64,000 nt of DNA from Patellaria atrata CBS 101060 (GCA_010093705.1 MU006091.1:868001-932000); one strand, 5' to 3'. Positions 1 to 15,007 are shown, counted from the stretch's first letter. Numbers and translations: made by a program. The notes: generated by a model from the letters alone, not told the origin.

Positions 1-2395
1 CCCCTCATCGATATCATACTCCATTCCTGGTGGTGGACGGGCTACTGAAGGAGAGAGTTTATGTTCGTCCTCATCGTTACCTCCACGTTGATCACCCTCT
101 TCATAACTCCAACCCGTGAAATCAAACATCTTAACATCCAACGGGTCGCCGACAAGTTCACCATCTATCAGACGTAAAGAATGGCATGTGGCCATAGTAT
201 ACAGGATCGTCTTGTTCGTCCGATAGTCAATCGTAGGATCACGCTCGTACTGGGCTGCAGGCAAAAGAGAGTCCGAGTCTGGTAGAAGTTCGCTGAACCT
301 GTTTGACTGATGTTGCGCTACACGCACACCCAGAACATCAAGCCCATCCTCAGTCAAAGTACCCGTTTTGTCGAAGCAGATGACGTCGAGCTTGCCACCT
401 ACATTTACCCTTTGAGGGCTAATGCAGAATATAGATTTGTTTTTCAGGCGCGACAAAGCAAAACTGGTGCCGATTGTGAGTGTTGCTGGTAGTGCAGGTG
501 GTACGACTATCGTGATGAGATCCAATGCTCTGACCACGATAAGGTGCCATGCCAGCCCAAGGTGAATGAAATTGACGAATGAAACGATGAACCCTACCAT
601 TGCGACCATGCCCATGACGGAAATATAGCGGAAGGAATCGCGGTAAAACTTGAAGCCTGAAGGTTTTGGGAACAGCATAGAACGTACTAATGCGCCCTTG
701 GTGGTGTTAAAGCCGGTCCTCACAACCATCGCGAGGGCAACAGCTGTATCAACTTTGTCGTCCTGTGGACGCCTGGCTCTGATGATCTTAGTTCCTGAAA
801 AAAGCATATGACGAGCAACATCAGGGTGAATGGTGGAAGCACTTAGGTTCAGGTCATCAAGTGTCTCGTTCGTGGCAGGTATTTTGGATACAGGTACAGA
901 CTCGCCAGTGAGCATGCTCTCATTGACAATGCAGTCCCCAGAGAGTAGAAGACTATCGCACGGAAAAAGAGTGAGGTTTGGATCCGTCACCTCATAGACA
1001 TCCCCAGGGACAAGCTCGCTTGATTCCACGCTTCGCCAGAAGCCATTTCTGAGTACTCTCACATCACATTCGAACCGGGACACTTCGCGAAGGCGCTTCA
1101 TTGTGGCCTTAGTCTCAATTAAGGTGGTCGTGATGCTGATCACAGAGATAAGGAAAATGCAGGCGGCGTAATAGTAATATTCATCCACGGACCAAAGGAT
1201 CAAGCTTGCGATCTGGAAAACATAGAATGGGTGAAACGCTTCATCGACTAGTAGCTGACTCACTGACTTTTCCTCGAGATCAATGATATTCTTTCCAAAT
1301 ACACGCTCACGGTAGTCCTTGGCTTCGCTGTCTAGTCCAGCTCGTATGGAAATGACGTCTGTCCAGGAAGGGTCTTTCCATGTATTTCCAAGCACAAATC
1401 TATCCTTAGTATCGTGGAATAGGAACCGAATGTAACGATAATCCAAAGAACGCAGAGTGTCTATAACAGGATCGTAATCGTCTGAATAATGCCGGAAGCT
1501 ACTCTTCTCGTCTTCTCCAAAGACAGTCGACATAGAGCGTCCATACTCTTGCGTTTTGACATTTTGCACAGATATTTCCCCCCACTGATTTTCAATAACA
1601 ACCCAATCACATGACGAGAGAGCAGTCGGGTTTCCAATTATATGGACTTTCCAGCATGGTAACCAACGCATCAATAGCCAGCCAAGTCCAAACGTGGAGA
1701 CGCACAGGAAAAGGTAAATGGCATATCCGATTGGATGAGTCCTAAACCCTGCTATTACAATGGTCAAATCCTCAGTGACGATGTAAACCTTTTGACTTAT
1801 TCGCCGTCCACCTCTTTCCACATTCCCAGCATCGGTACTACTCGTAGAATATCGGCGTAGTAAAGGAGTCTCGGAGGATCGTCGCCTAGAGAGAGACGAG
1901 GACTTTCGTCTAAGTGATGGAGGGATACCAAAATCCAGGCTTCGAAGGGATTCTTGGTCATCATAATCCCGAATGCTTGCATCCTCGTCATCAACCAAGG
2001 CTTCTTCGTCCTCTTCCGCTACATCTTCCTCTTCATCGTAATATGAGAAGCTCCCCACTGAGCCAGCACGTCGTTGACGATGGGCGAAGGAGCTGATACT
2101 AGTAGGTACGCTTTCCGAAACCGGGCCAGAGAACATCTGCAAAGCATGTCAATCCTGAAACTTTTGCCTGGATGCCAATAGAAAATGACCTCATCTTGTG
2201 CCATCTCGACGTCTGTGAAAAAGCTCGCCCTAGGAACCTCGTCAGCTCCAGATTCAGTATTCATGATCACCGGACTCACTGGCTCAGGTTCGATTCACGC
2301 CGATATAGCGTCCTCTGCCTAGCCCTAGACCGTCCATTGCTCTGGAAGCTGCTGCGCCGGCTTCTAGCATCATCTTGGTCGTCATAGTCGTCCAT
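1..2395 (-). CDS. YPK9: P5B-type cation/polyamine-transporting ATPase (ATP13A2/Ypk9-like), 3' part runs off the window
   Basis: ATG at 2395 (MDDYDDQDD), two short 5' introns, then an open frame to position 1 containing LTGES, VPPALP and the CFDKTGTLTEDG phosphorylation motif (~350-385). Absent from the ORF track because its stop lies outside the window. Confidence 0.9.
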
Positions 2396-3048
2396 GACTG
2401 TAGGAGCTCAACACTCACACCTCACGCACGAAATATGGTATAGGGCGCATACGTTATGGGCCGCACGGATTTCGGAAGTATTAGAGAACAGTGAGAGGGC
2501 GGTCAGACATAGATACTGTATGAAAATGCCTATCGCTAGTTTAGGCCATCATCGAAACTCGGATATCGGAGGCCTTGGCAACAGGTCAACGATAAGTTCT
2601 CTATACAGTATATTAGATGCCAGCTGGATGGGGGAAACCAATTATTTTTCCGGGACAAAGCGAGCGTTTAACGAGAGATAAGCTTGAAGGAGAATACGGT
2701 AACAGAAGTAAACGTGAGGAAATGATTCCATCCATTCATCTTGTACCACGCTCGGACCATATAGGAAACTCTATCCTGTACCTTTAGACCCACCAGAACC
2801 ATCCTTTTACGTTGCCCTCCCACACCTTCACAGTGAAAAGCTTTTTATCTATTGTGGTGTTCTAAGTGCGATACGCACCTCAATCATAATCACAGTAATC
2901 AGTTGTCGCTTCTATCTCATTCGGTCAATGTTGAAGAGCATCAGATCAAACAATCCTCACCCCTAGTTTCAAGACATCATAACATAACATGTGTATTCAA
3001 ATTGCTATTCTCTACCAACGCCTAGTATGCAAATTTGATTCCACAAAA

Positions 3049-4672
3049 CTAATGGTCAACATCTTCCCAGGCCCGCCCCTGAACCTGTTGTAACTCCTCT
3101 TCAGTTAGTTTCTTACCTGTCGTAAAGTAACCTGCATGTATCTTGGCATCAATCTCAACTCTACTGTCGTCCGGAATCATCTCGTCAGGAATCGGGACGC
3201 GTTCTTTAATTGGAATTCCCTGGGAAACAATTGCATCGTGTTTCATATTGCTCATACTCAACATGCGATCGATTTTGGTGATTCCCAACCAGTGCAGGAT
3301 ATCTGGCATGAGAGCTTGGAAACGCATGTCTTTTACGCCGGCAATATTCTCGGTGCGCTTGAAATATTCGCTGGCGCGATCGATACCCCGTTTCCGTGCG
3401 TTGTATACGAGGTATTTAGTCACTTCTCCTAGCGCGCGACCTTCTTTCCGGAAATATATGACAACCCCTGAGCCCCCATTCTGCGCCTCCTTAACAGCTT
3501 CTTCAACGCCGAAAATTAGGTATGGACGGCAGGTGCAGATATCTGAACCGAAAACATCACTCCCGTTGCACTCGTCGTGGACCCGGAGTGCCAGCCGAAC
3601 GTTAGGGTCGGCCATTTTTGCTGGGTCACCAAAGCAGTACACAGTCAAGCCACCAATAGGAGGAAGGAAGACCTTGATATCCCCTCGTGTGATCAGTTCT
3701 GGATAAGAACCACCAGTTTCTTCGAACAGAGTACGGCGAAGGGTTCCTTCATCGATACCAAAGCGTTCGGCCACACCAGGAAGATACCAAACGGGTTCGA
3801 CGGCGAACTTGGTTACGGCGAGCTCACCTTCTTCGTTGATACATATTTTACCATCCGGTACAAGACGGCCGGCTTTAACGCTTTCAACTAGCTCAGGAAG
3901 AATCATGTGAGCTTTGGTAACGGCTATGGTAGGACGTATTTCGACATTATCGTTGTCAATGTAAGACTTGAAGAGCCACGGCGCAAGGTGACCCAGCGGA
4001 TCCATAGAGACGATCTTCTTGGGATCGCTCCATTGGGGAAATGGCCCGATGTCTGCCGCTGGTTCTGTGTTTGTGAAGTCAGGCTTATGCTCAATATTCA
4101 ATGTTTTGCTTGCAACTGCCAGGGCATGATAAATGGAGTAAGATCCACCGTGCGCACCGATAGCTGGGGATTATGTTAGTGACATTGTCTTAAATAAATG
4201 GTAAAAGGAGTTGTTTTGCCATACCATTCCTTCTCCGGATAGAAGTTGTATGTCTGGACACTACAACGGGACCTCTTTGCGCAGGATCTTTATGACCCCA
4301 ATTCATGATAATAGGATCAACGCCCGCTTGACCAGGGTACGATGTTAAGATAATCTTTGAATTGACACTAGAACGACGGGGACTTGCAGTAACAGGTGCA
4401 ATTTCATATTGCTCTTGGACATCCGCTACACCATCTGCTGTTTTCTTCGTCATTTCTTCTTCGTTTTCTTTCAGCTTCCCTTCAGTGATAGCAGTACCAT
4501 CTGTGGCAACTTCTTGCACTTGCTTTATACCCGCCAACATATTAACCCTTCCATTGATTGCATCAATCGCGGATGACAAAGAAGAATTGTCCCGCTGTAA
4601 TGCTTTGATGTTTGACAGTATCTCACTTAGCACGCTCGAGACATCATGTCCCGGAGTTACCGAAGAAGCCAT
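3049..4672 (-). CDS. URC1: GTP cyclohydrolase II-like protein of the URC1/urg1 type (uracil catabolism); 2 exons
   Basis: Spliced RRNAIGAHGGSYSIY N-terminal domain, plus RVHDECNGSDVFGSDICTCRPYL Zn-binding motif and RKEGRALGEVTK. Confidence 0.9.
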
Positions 4673-5568
4673 ATCTGCGAGGAGCTACGAATACGCTCTA
4701 TCAGATTCACGATAGCAGAAAATGGGCACGGCAATAGTAACTTGATAGGTATAAATGTGACTGAGATATGGCGGAGACTGGGGAGAGTCCGTAGATAGTT
4801 AGATAGAGATTGCCCTTGTTGGACAACTAACAAAGGATGAATCTATGGTGGATTAGGTTTGCAATGTCAGACCGCTGTATGACAAATGAAGTAAAGATCA
4901 CCGGAGGCGCAGGAAGTTTGTGAGAATGAGATTGAGGAGAGAAAAGAAGATATGTAGAACGTCAGGTTTCTGCTAGAAACACAATACTTATGTAGTTGAA
5001 GGTATCGGATCCAAGGCTCCGTAAGTAGGTAAGGTATTTCGTTGACACCTCCGCGAACACCTGCCCTTATCGAATTATTGATACACACGCGGCTACGGTA
5101 GAACTACTACTTGGCGGGGAAGCGGTTATCAGAGGTCCACGCCTCGATCCGATTGACGCATGCAGTGGAGCTGGCATCTCCAAACTGGGACACCAGACAG
5201 GCACGTGAGATATGACAGGAAGAGAAATAACGAGAATCGATTGCTGATGGCTTAACACGGCTGAAACAAAAGCAGTCAAAGAAATTGTTCTATTTCGGAA
5301 ACTGAGGGCGGTGTACGTTTCCAAGCTAAAGAGCTAGGGCAGATTGCTATTGTGGAGCCGCATGCCTATTGTTCTTCGTACCTTGCATGACTTCATCGTC
5401 AATAGCAACAATAGTAAGCTCTCAAAAGTACAATAACCGTCAAATTCGCACAATAGCATCAGAAAGCACAATAGTCGCTCGCTAAAGCACAGCAACATTT
5501 ATAAGTAGTGAATGTAGAACAGACCTCTGCTGTTCTTCAAAAATCCACACATTCAATCTACTTTCAAA

Positions 5569-6186
5569 ATGGTGGGTTCAAAGTCTACTAAATTCTACAA
5601 ATTCCTGTCAAAAAAGCCACTTTACCAATCACACTTCCAGGGCAAGCGCAAGAAAGCTGCCAAAAAGCCTACAGGCCCAAGAAAGGTTCGTAACCGCTAT
5701 ATTCCTATACTCCGAAGTCATCCAGCTGAATCATCTCTTCAGAAAGAAGCGCTCTCAACCACATTCCAATGCCTCTTTTGCAACCACGAAGACTCCGTGA
5801 CCGTCAAGATGGAGAAGAAACTCGGCGTCGGACATCTTCAGTGCAAGGTGTGCGGACAAACCTTCCAGACAGGTATTAACTGTACGTACTGAGCCCACAC
5901 TCGCAAAACCTCATAACCCACCCTCAAGATGTCGTTTACTGATCATTCTGATTCTCAAGATCTCTCATCCGGTGTCGACGTTTACGCCGACTGGGTCGAC
6001 GCATGCGATGCTGTCGCCAAGGAAGCTTCCAATGCCTCTTCTGCCACTGCCAAAGAGAGACAGCGCAACGCACGCGTTTCCTCAAGAGCCCCACGACAAA
6101 CCGCCGCTGCTGGAGATGGAGAAATGGATGGCTTTATCGAAGACGATGAGGTTGATGCAGAAGGCGAATTTGCAGATGATGGTTAA
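5569..6186 (+). CDS. ELF1: Transcription elongation factor Elf1; 4 exons, first coding exon is the ATG alone
   Basis: M|GKRKK, FQCLFCNHE...CKVCGQ zinc ribbon, VDVYADWVDACD, acidic tail. Confidence 0.95.
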
Positions 6187-6403
6187 TCACAGTTTACCTT
6201 CAGACTCTGGTCAAGGCGTTTATGTTATCTATCAGTCCCGAAATGGTGGTCACTAGAACTATTACCTACTGGGTGGCTGGATCTGGTGTTTATGGCACAT
6301 GCATTGCAATAGCGTAATGGGACATTTACCAAGAATGATCTTACTTGAATCGATGATCTTATGTGCGCTTAATCCACACTGATAGATATGCAATGCTTAA
6401 CGC

Positions 6404-7335
<932 letters not shown>

Positions 7336-7987
7336 CGTTGGAAACGGCGAGCGTGGTACTGCTTTGTGTCGTGTGAGGGTGTGCGGTAAGATGCAGGAGC
7401 TCGAGGTCCAAGTGCAAGGATCAAGTTCAGGAACAGATGCGAAAGAGCAGCAATGTGTAGTAAGTGAGATGATCACCGTATATTTTATTACTTCTTCCGA
7501 ACGCTTATTCGGTTGGTAGTAGGTAAGGGAAACGTTTACTGTATGTAAGATACTCAGCGTATCTCTTTAGAGGAAGGTTGATCAAGATGAGCCCTGAAGC
7601 TAGCAAGGCTAGCCCCTTGCCCCTTGTACCCCGCCGTTGCCTGTCCTTGAGTCGGTAGAACTAAATGAACTCCGAAGTTTTAGCGGTATATCATTTCACG
7701 TGATGTTTCTCAATCGTTCAGATTGTAATGCGTCACAACAACAACCCAATAACAACGCTCTTTCACTTCGAACTGACCTACTCCTTACTCCCATTAACGA
7801 ATTACTTTTCTTAGAGTTCCCTTAAATACCGACTTCTTGTCTTGTAGCGTAAAGCTGTCAGAATACCCGCTCCACTCTCTCGAAATGGCCACGCCGCGTC
7901 CACGTTCATAGTGGTCTCCCGGTTTCAGTCGGTGGCCATATAAACGCTTTCTCATCCGGACTGTTTACTACACCGTAACAGTTTCAT

Positions 7988-10900
7988 ATGGTAACAATGG
8001 CAGCTCTGGCATCCTTGAACTCGCAACAGCGCCGGCGTAAACCTGTCACGTATGGCAAATCACGAGGCCACGAGTACACCTTTAAACATGACACAGCGCT
8101 CGCCAAACCAAGCTCGATAAACCGGAGCACAACTTCTGAGGAGATACCAAGACGTAATATACCTAAGGAACAATCTGAGAAACTCAGCCGCACATTCGCG
8201 ATACCATCTGTCAAAGCGAACAATGTCTTTGATGTACCGTCTTCGGATTCGGATGATAACCATAAGGTCGTCACAAGACGGAAACCTCAAATTGCTTCAA
8301 AACCGCTATCCTCACGCCACCCATCCGTCCATGTTACGTCTTCCGAAAGTGAAGATGGACCTTCTAGACAATTACGACTTGAATCCTCCCGGGGGTTGAC
8401 CCAACAAGAGAATGAAAGTTCTTTGAGGAGGCGTTATCCGGATAAAGATAATTATCAAGGGCTGTCCGATGCTTCACGTGAATCATATGTTCCCACCGCT
8501 CTCAAGAGGAAGAGACCAACTCCCACTCCACAAGCGCATAAAAGGGAAGAGCTAGGAAACAAAAAGCGCTCGGGGAACATGTTAGGATCAAAATCAGGCA
8601 AAGAAGTCACCATTGCAATGAGGATGCGGGAACAGACGGTTAAAACCACTGCTGTGGATGATGTATCAGTGTGGGATGTACCGATGAAGGACGAACCTAC
8701 CATTAAAAAGCCTCGAAGGGCAGCGCCTAAGAAATCTGTGATTAGACCCAGCGTTAGTTCTGGTAGATCCGCCCCCGGAGCACTTCAAACCATGATTACT
8801 GGCACTACTTCAAAACGAAGTGGTACACCACCAATTTCTAGAAGACAGTCTTGCCTTCCACAGAGATCTACGACGCCGGTTGACGAGACGCTACCGTCGA
8901 CACCACCACCGGCGCTTGTGGATCCCCCAACGACTCACTCATCAGCTACGCCAAGACAAACCCCGGGTCAACGAAGAGTCTGGAGTCAGTTACCGATATG
9001 GGATGATACCATAATCTCTGCCACTCCAAGCAGCCTCAAATTAGCAGAATTGCGTATCTCAGGATCCCGACCGAATCATAAGCACACAGTAACTGATCTT
9101 TCGAAGACTCGTCGTCCTCGCTTGATTGATACGCTCATCACTTCCGCGCCTCAAGATGTGGAAGATGAAGTCGAGGAAGAGAAGCAGCAAGAACCCCCTG
9201 TTGAGTCCGCAATGGATGAAGATGGTCACTGCTCAATGCAAGGGATAGCAGAAGCGGAATTACTACCATCTTCGCAGTCCTCTTCGAAAAGTCGAAATAT
9301 CGAGAGTACTTCCGGAGCGGTCGCAAGCACTGTGAAGCACACAGCAAAGGTCACATATGCTAAAGAACGCTCTTACTTACAAGAAGACTCATTAGAAGCT
9401 GAACTGATGCTTGATCTTCCAATGGCTTCCTCAAACTTCTTTCAAAACAATAAGCACGGTAATTCACAGTCGAAGAAGGCAGATCTATTCCAACCACCGG
9501 GGTTGGAAGATAATATTGAAGAGCTAGGAGAGACCAAGGGAATGCGTAGTATTCACGAATTGCGCGCTGCGGGTATCAATAATCGCTTCTTGAGCGACAT
9601 GGAAGAGCTGATGAATGATATCAAGGATTCAAGTCGAGCAGGGACCTCACGTAGACGAAGCGCGATGATGGAGCTTTGCACGAAGCTATTCGACAAGTCC
9701 TTCGTCGCAAAGTTTTTGGATTACGGCTTCGAACAGATTCTATATCCCCATCTTAAGAACGCGTCTGACGGTATCATCGGGTTCCTAATGGCTGCCTCGA
9801 TTGCTCTCATCATCGAGAGCGGCGCCCCGGTCAATGCTTTGAAGCATGTCGCGGAATCCGGTTGCATGCTCGCCTTAAAGTCTCTCCTGGATCAAAGCAC
9901 AGACATTAGTCGAGTAGCGAGGGATCGTCGTAGCAACATGTCCAAAGTCACACAGGCTAGCCTCAACGACCTACGCACCCTCCTCCTAGATTCGCCGATC
10001 TTCGGTGCCGCTGAAAAGCAACAGACCATCACCCCGCAAACCATGGCCTTAATGAGTATTGCACTCTTAACTCGCAAGTTGCAGGATGCTGGTTACCCAT
10101 GTGACATGCTAGATGGCGAAATGGTCGGGAAACTGATCGCCGTTGCAGAAAAGGCTTGTAAACGTCAAATTGCAACAACTCCAATGGGGGCTTCCATGGG
10201 TGATTTAGAGTTGGTGTTTAACATTCTCGAAGCAAATTCACTATCTTCTCTTTCGGGCGGTGCCATGTGGTCGGTTACAAATTTGCAACAGCTTTCAGCT
10301 TTATACCCCTTAATTCTAGGGTTGAAGATGGAACGAGTCGAGCAAGAAGGACTCAACTCTTTCGCACTGAGACTTTGCCTTAACTTGACTGAGAGCAAAC
10401 CTACCGTCTGCGAACTATTCTCCACTCCAGAGATCATAGAACCGTGGGCTCAAGTTGTTGATCACAGCTGTAGATCGCTCGCTTCGGATATGGACGAAAT
10501 GGAACGGGAGACAATCCTTCAACAAGTTGTAGTACTATTAGGTACTATGATCAACCTTTCAGAGCATAGCGATCGTGCCAGACTTTCCATCCTAGCCAAT
10601 GGAGACCAGCTGCTTTTCCGACTTCTCGACTCGTTCGTAGTGGGGCAGCAGCGAGTAAGCCAGGTAAGTTTGTTTTTAAAGAAAAACAATCAACTGGTTT
10701 TTGGATGCACTGACAATATCCTACCTAGGCTGATTCGGTGGAAGAATCGCGCTCAAACGTGGCATTTGGTTATTTGGCAGTACTGCTTGGTAATCTTTGC
10801 ATTAACCTGCTCATACGAGCTAAGGTCCAATCTGCTCTCCCAGGTAAAAGTCTTGGTTTTCTGATCGAGAGTATTGAGGAGTTCGTCTCCGTCCATCGGT

Positions 10901-10992
10901 CAGCTGACGATTACTTCAAAGTAGAGAGCCAGAAAGAGGTTCATGAAGCCCTGACAAGGCGTCTGCAAGCGGTCGCGGACCGGTTGAAATAG
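7988..10992 (+). CDS. WPL1: Wings apart-like (WAPL/Wpl1/Rad61) cohesin release factor; 2 exons (intron ~10664-10728)
   Basis: Long disordered N-terminus, then SIHELRAAG...RRSAMMELC and a helical C-terminal domain ending GYLAVLLGNLC, as in fungal WAPL domains. Confidence 0.8.
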
Positions 10993-11480
10993 GATCACGA
11001 TTGTTTTTGGTAAACGACAACAGAACAGATGATACCATTCTCGAGAGAGCTATCCGGATTTCCTGATATGGTCACACGAAGCTTATGTTAGATATACTTT
11101 TGGACATTGCGGGCGCTACGGGCCCTTACATACCATCACGTGTGGTACGTTTGATATGTCGACTGACGGTTGGGTAACTTTATTATCGAGCGTGCATGTA
11201 TGTATTGCCGCTTGGGTGGGTGAGTGGGTGGGTGGATAGACATAGATGATACCCCCAAGATGCTTATCTGCGACGAATAGACATTATAGGTTTCTGCAGG
11301 ATGAATAGCATCAGCAACTGCAAGAACATATATGTAATTTCAACAATCTCTTGTATGTGCTTGGGCATGCGTGATAAGGTAGTTGACATAGAGCATGACG
11401 ATCTCTCTAATTTTATACATAGCATCGCCCGACAAGAGGGCCAAGCTCCGGGCCAGTTCCTTCGCTAACTTCGCTCCGCC

Positions 11481-11519
11481 ATGCTCCAGATGCTCCAGAT
11501 GCTCCAGATGCTCGAAATG
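11481..11519 (+). repeat. Short 9-bp tandem repeat (ATGCTCCAG)x3 plus a degenerate copy
   Basis: atgctccag atgctccag atgctccag atgctcgaa atg. Confidence 0.8.
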
Positions 11520-12661
11520 CTGATCGATGTTGATCAACGACTGATGTTGCAGTCAACACTCCCGTTTTCGTACCACACCACAGGCACACTTTTCACCACA
11601 TTATTCTCGTCCCCGTTCCATCTTTTCGGGTTTGACATTCGAACGGTCTCAAGCCGAATATATTAGATCCAGTGCTTGAAAACTTTCGGGCTCTCCATCC
11701 TTTAGGGCAAGAGATCTGGAAATGCAATGTATTACAGCATCTCCATGCAATCCTCGATGCATTGCTTGATGCGTCAGGATGGCAATCTTACCTAGTACTG
11801 TACCGCACCGTACCTCAGTAGACGAATGCTATATATGCACCCACTTCACCTCAGCAGAATCAACTTCAAATCATTGTGCAGGGGAGTGTTGGCCACTTGA
11901 GGCTTCTGCCTAGGCTCAGTAAGTTGGTGGGAAGATGTGGAATACAGTACGGTACATATCTGGTGCATCGCTCCACCCAACAAGAATAACAAGACTGTAC
12001 AAAGTGCATACACCAGCATTTCCCCCCTCATGGTGTCAATATTTTCTTCGTACCACTTTCGTCTAGACTATGCAGAATACCTGGTCCAAATACGCAAGTG
12101 TTGGGGGTCGTTTATGAAGATACTTAGCATAGTAGCAGCCGTGGCAGGCGCCCGAAAGATGTTTAACTGTTTGTCGTATCAACGTCCCCTTGTTTCCGGA
12201 TGTGCCCGCTGAGAACTTCTGCACAAGCTTCCAAGGTTACTTTGAGTTACTCTCGTACTGGTCAGAATGAGGCACCAGCATGCTTACGACTGGAGAAATT
12301 TGGACGCTTCCCCGCCTGGAGGCTTCGAACTTACCAAGTTCCCTTGCTGGCCGACGCCGTGCTTCCGAGTCGCGTATAAACGACTGACAAGTTGACAACG
12401 CAGCTCTCTCATGTGCATGACTTCCTACCACCAATCTGTCACCGCCATAATTGGATCAAGCTGGAAAAACGAATGCGGAAATCAGACATCCTTGAGTACA
12501 GAGTACTCGCCGCACTACGCACTCTACGCTTATACTTAGACATCCCGCCCTTTTGATTGTTCCTTTAATCATACCGCGTTCTCTATCCCATTCCTAGGAC
12601 TTGCAACCTGCTGGACTTGCCTCTTCCTACCATAGTCGACTACTCACTGGCTCACCTCACA

Positions 12662-13164
12662 ATGGCAAACCAATTCTATATCCCTTTGCCGCCGCAAACA
12701 CCACACGGGAAGCAGGCAGTCCGAAGGCCTCCCGTCACCCCGTCAACAATTACTCCGCCATCAATCAGCAGACACAATTCTTCTGTAGCGGTCAGACAAG
12801 TTACAGGCGTCAAGTCCCCTGACCAGGCAACCGCTCTTCTTGCAAAGGTAGCGTCTCATCCTACTACAAGACGAGGGACCCCCGTATCATCACCTCTCCC
12901 ATCCCCGACAGAACAGCCAACTGAGAGCCACCGAACTTTGCAACAAGAGCCGTCGGCAAGTGACAGGCTCGATGTTTCGAGGTACTGGACAGCGCACGCG
13001 CAACAAGGTTTGTTACCAACCTGAGCAAACTGTACCAAACATATACCAACGTCTATACTACAGATGGTTACATAAGTTTCCCCGACTTCGAAAAATTCCA
13101 TCAGAACTGTGGTCCTCAGGAAAGACGCGAGCGTAGCCGCGACCGTCGAACTGCGCGGACATGA
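12662..13164 (+). CDS. Small S/T/P-rich hypothetical protein (~148 aa); exons 12662-13007 and 13064-13164
   Basis: MANQFYIPLPPQTP...; a GTTTGT...CTACAG intron joins in frame to DGYISFPDFEKF...RTART*. Confidence 0.55.
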
Positions 13165-14054
13165 CCGCATCACGCATCGAGTGTTATTTGATTATTTCAG
13201 CCCTGCCGTGTTCTATGTTTTGAGTTTGAGATATATTTCTACCGCGTCGACGAATTAGCATCCACATGGCGTGGTAGTGAATAAATTGGGCATGTTTTAG
13301 CGAAGGATTTCATCATGCATCTGTGGTATCCAGAAGGGAGTACGGAGTACATACTTCGTACATCGCCATCGGCGATCACCACTTCAACAGCGAGGCGTTA
13401 GGGAGTTTCAGAGGCTCACGTGCAAGCGATCATATGGGCCGTGTGTAGGATGAAAAGTGAACCGTTCTACATACTTGCGGTATTTGCGGATTTGGTCTTT
13501 TAGGTAGTTGTATATCCACATCTATCGGTTGATATGGTATAGGTAATCATGCCTTCGAAGTAAATAGCTCACCACTGCTGCAAAGCAGATTGCACATGAA
13601 TCAAGATTTTGTTCGTATCCTTCCCTTGCTGTATCACTTTACGCTTCTCTATCATGATCCGGTTTATTGCATGTTCCCCAAAGACAGTCAGCTGATGATA
13701 TATGATTGCATTGAACGTCATCGATATCATGGTTGCAGACAAGAAGAGCGGTAAGAAGCCATAGGTGCCTACTGGATGTAAAGAAGAAGCTGCCGTGAGA
13801 GTGAGAGGAAGTGTGAGTCTATCGTGCAGCGTGGGGTGTGCAGGATTGTACCTTAAGGTAGGTCGTCATGTACAGAAAATGACTAAGCATGGGCTGGGGG
13901 TAGGTAGATGTATTTTTACGGCTAAACTTCGCACGTGATATGCCTTAGCGAGCCCTCCCACAACACTACTACCCAAGAATATTCTGACAGGCCACTGACC
14001 GACGACGACGACAATTTCTAACTTCAACTCCGCCTCGCATATCTTGTCGCAATT

Positions 14055-15007
14055 ATGGCTGTCGGCAAGAACAAGCGTTTGTCCAAGGGCAAGAAAGGTC
14101 TCAAGAAGAAGACCGACCCATTCGCGAAGAAAGACTGGTATTCCATCAAGGCTCCCTCAACTTTCCAGATTAGAGAGTAAGTCCCCCAGACAATTTCATC
14201 GATTGGCGTTTCCCGAGATCAACGCCGCTCACGATGCATCTATTAGTGTTGGAAAGACACTTGTAAACAGAACTACGGGTCTTAAGAACGCGAACGATGC
14301 CTTGAAGGGCCGGATACTCGAGGTTTCGCTTGCAGACCTCCAAAAGGATGAGGACCACGCATTCCGCAAGATCAAGCTACGAGTCGACGAAGTCCAAGGC
14401 AAGAACTGCCTCACCAATTTCCATGGTCTCGACTTCACTTCCGACAAGCTACGCTCGCTCGTCCGCAAGTGGCAAACTTTGATCGAAGCCAACGTCGTTG
14501 TCAAGACCACCGACGACTACCTCCTCCGCCTCTTCTGCATCGCTTTCACCAAACGCCGACCCAACCAAATCAAGAAGACTACGTACGCGGCATCTTCCCA
14601 GATCCGCGCCATCAGGAAGAAGATGACGGAGATCATGCAGAGGGAGGCACAGAGCTGCACACTGTCACAGTTGACAACGAAGCTCATTCCTGAGGTTATT
14701 GGCCGTGAGATCGAGAAGTCTTGCCAGGGCATCTACCCACTCCAAAACGTATGTTAAGAACTTCACGGAGATTATAATACTTTGGATAGCTCGGTTAATG
14801 AGTATCATAGGTTCACGTCCGAAAGGTCAAGCTCCTCAAGCAACCGAAGTTCGATCTTGGTGCCCTCCTCACCCTTCACGGTGAGGCGACTGCTGACGAG
14901 TCGGGACAAAAGGTAAGATATACGAAGTGACTCCCTTCATGCACAATACTGACTTATGGAATCAGGTCGAGAGGGAGTTTAAGGAGCAGGTGCTAGAGAA
15001 CGTGTAA
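14055..15007 (+). CDS. RPS1: 40S ribosomal protein eS1 (S1/S3a); 4 exons
   Basis: [41 protein letters not shown]. Confidence 0.98.

Noticed and set aside
7483..7530. Plus-strand stretch reading FITSSE/LIRLVV, resembling the UPRTase RLIRLVVEEG helix (possible inverted pseudogene fragment)
   Set aside because: Needs a frameshift, spans only ~15 codons and has no flanking similarity; probably chance
10993..12660. Short ORFs in the spacer after WAPL
   Set aside because: No recognisable motifs or consistent splice structure
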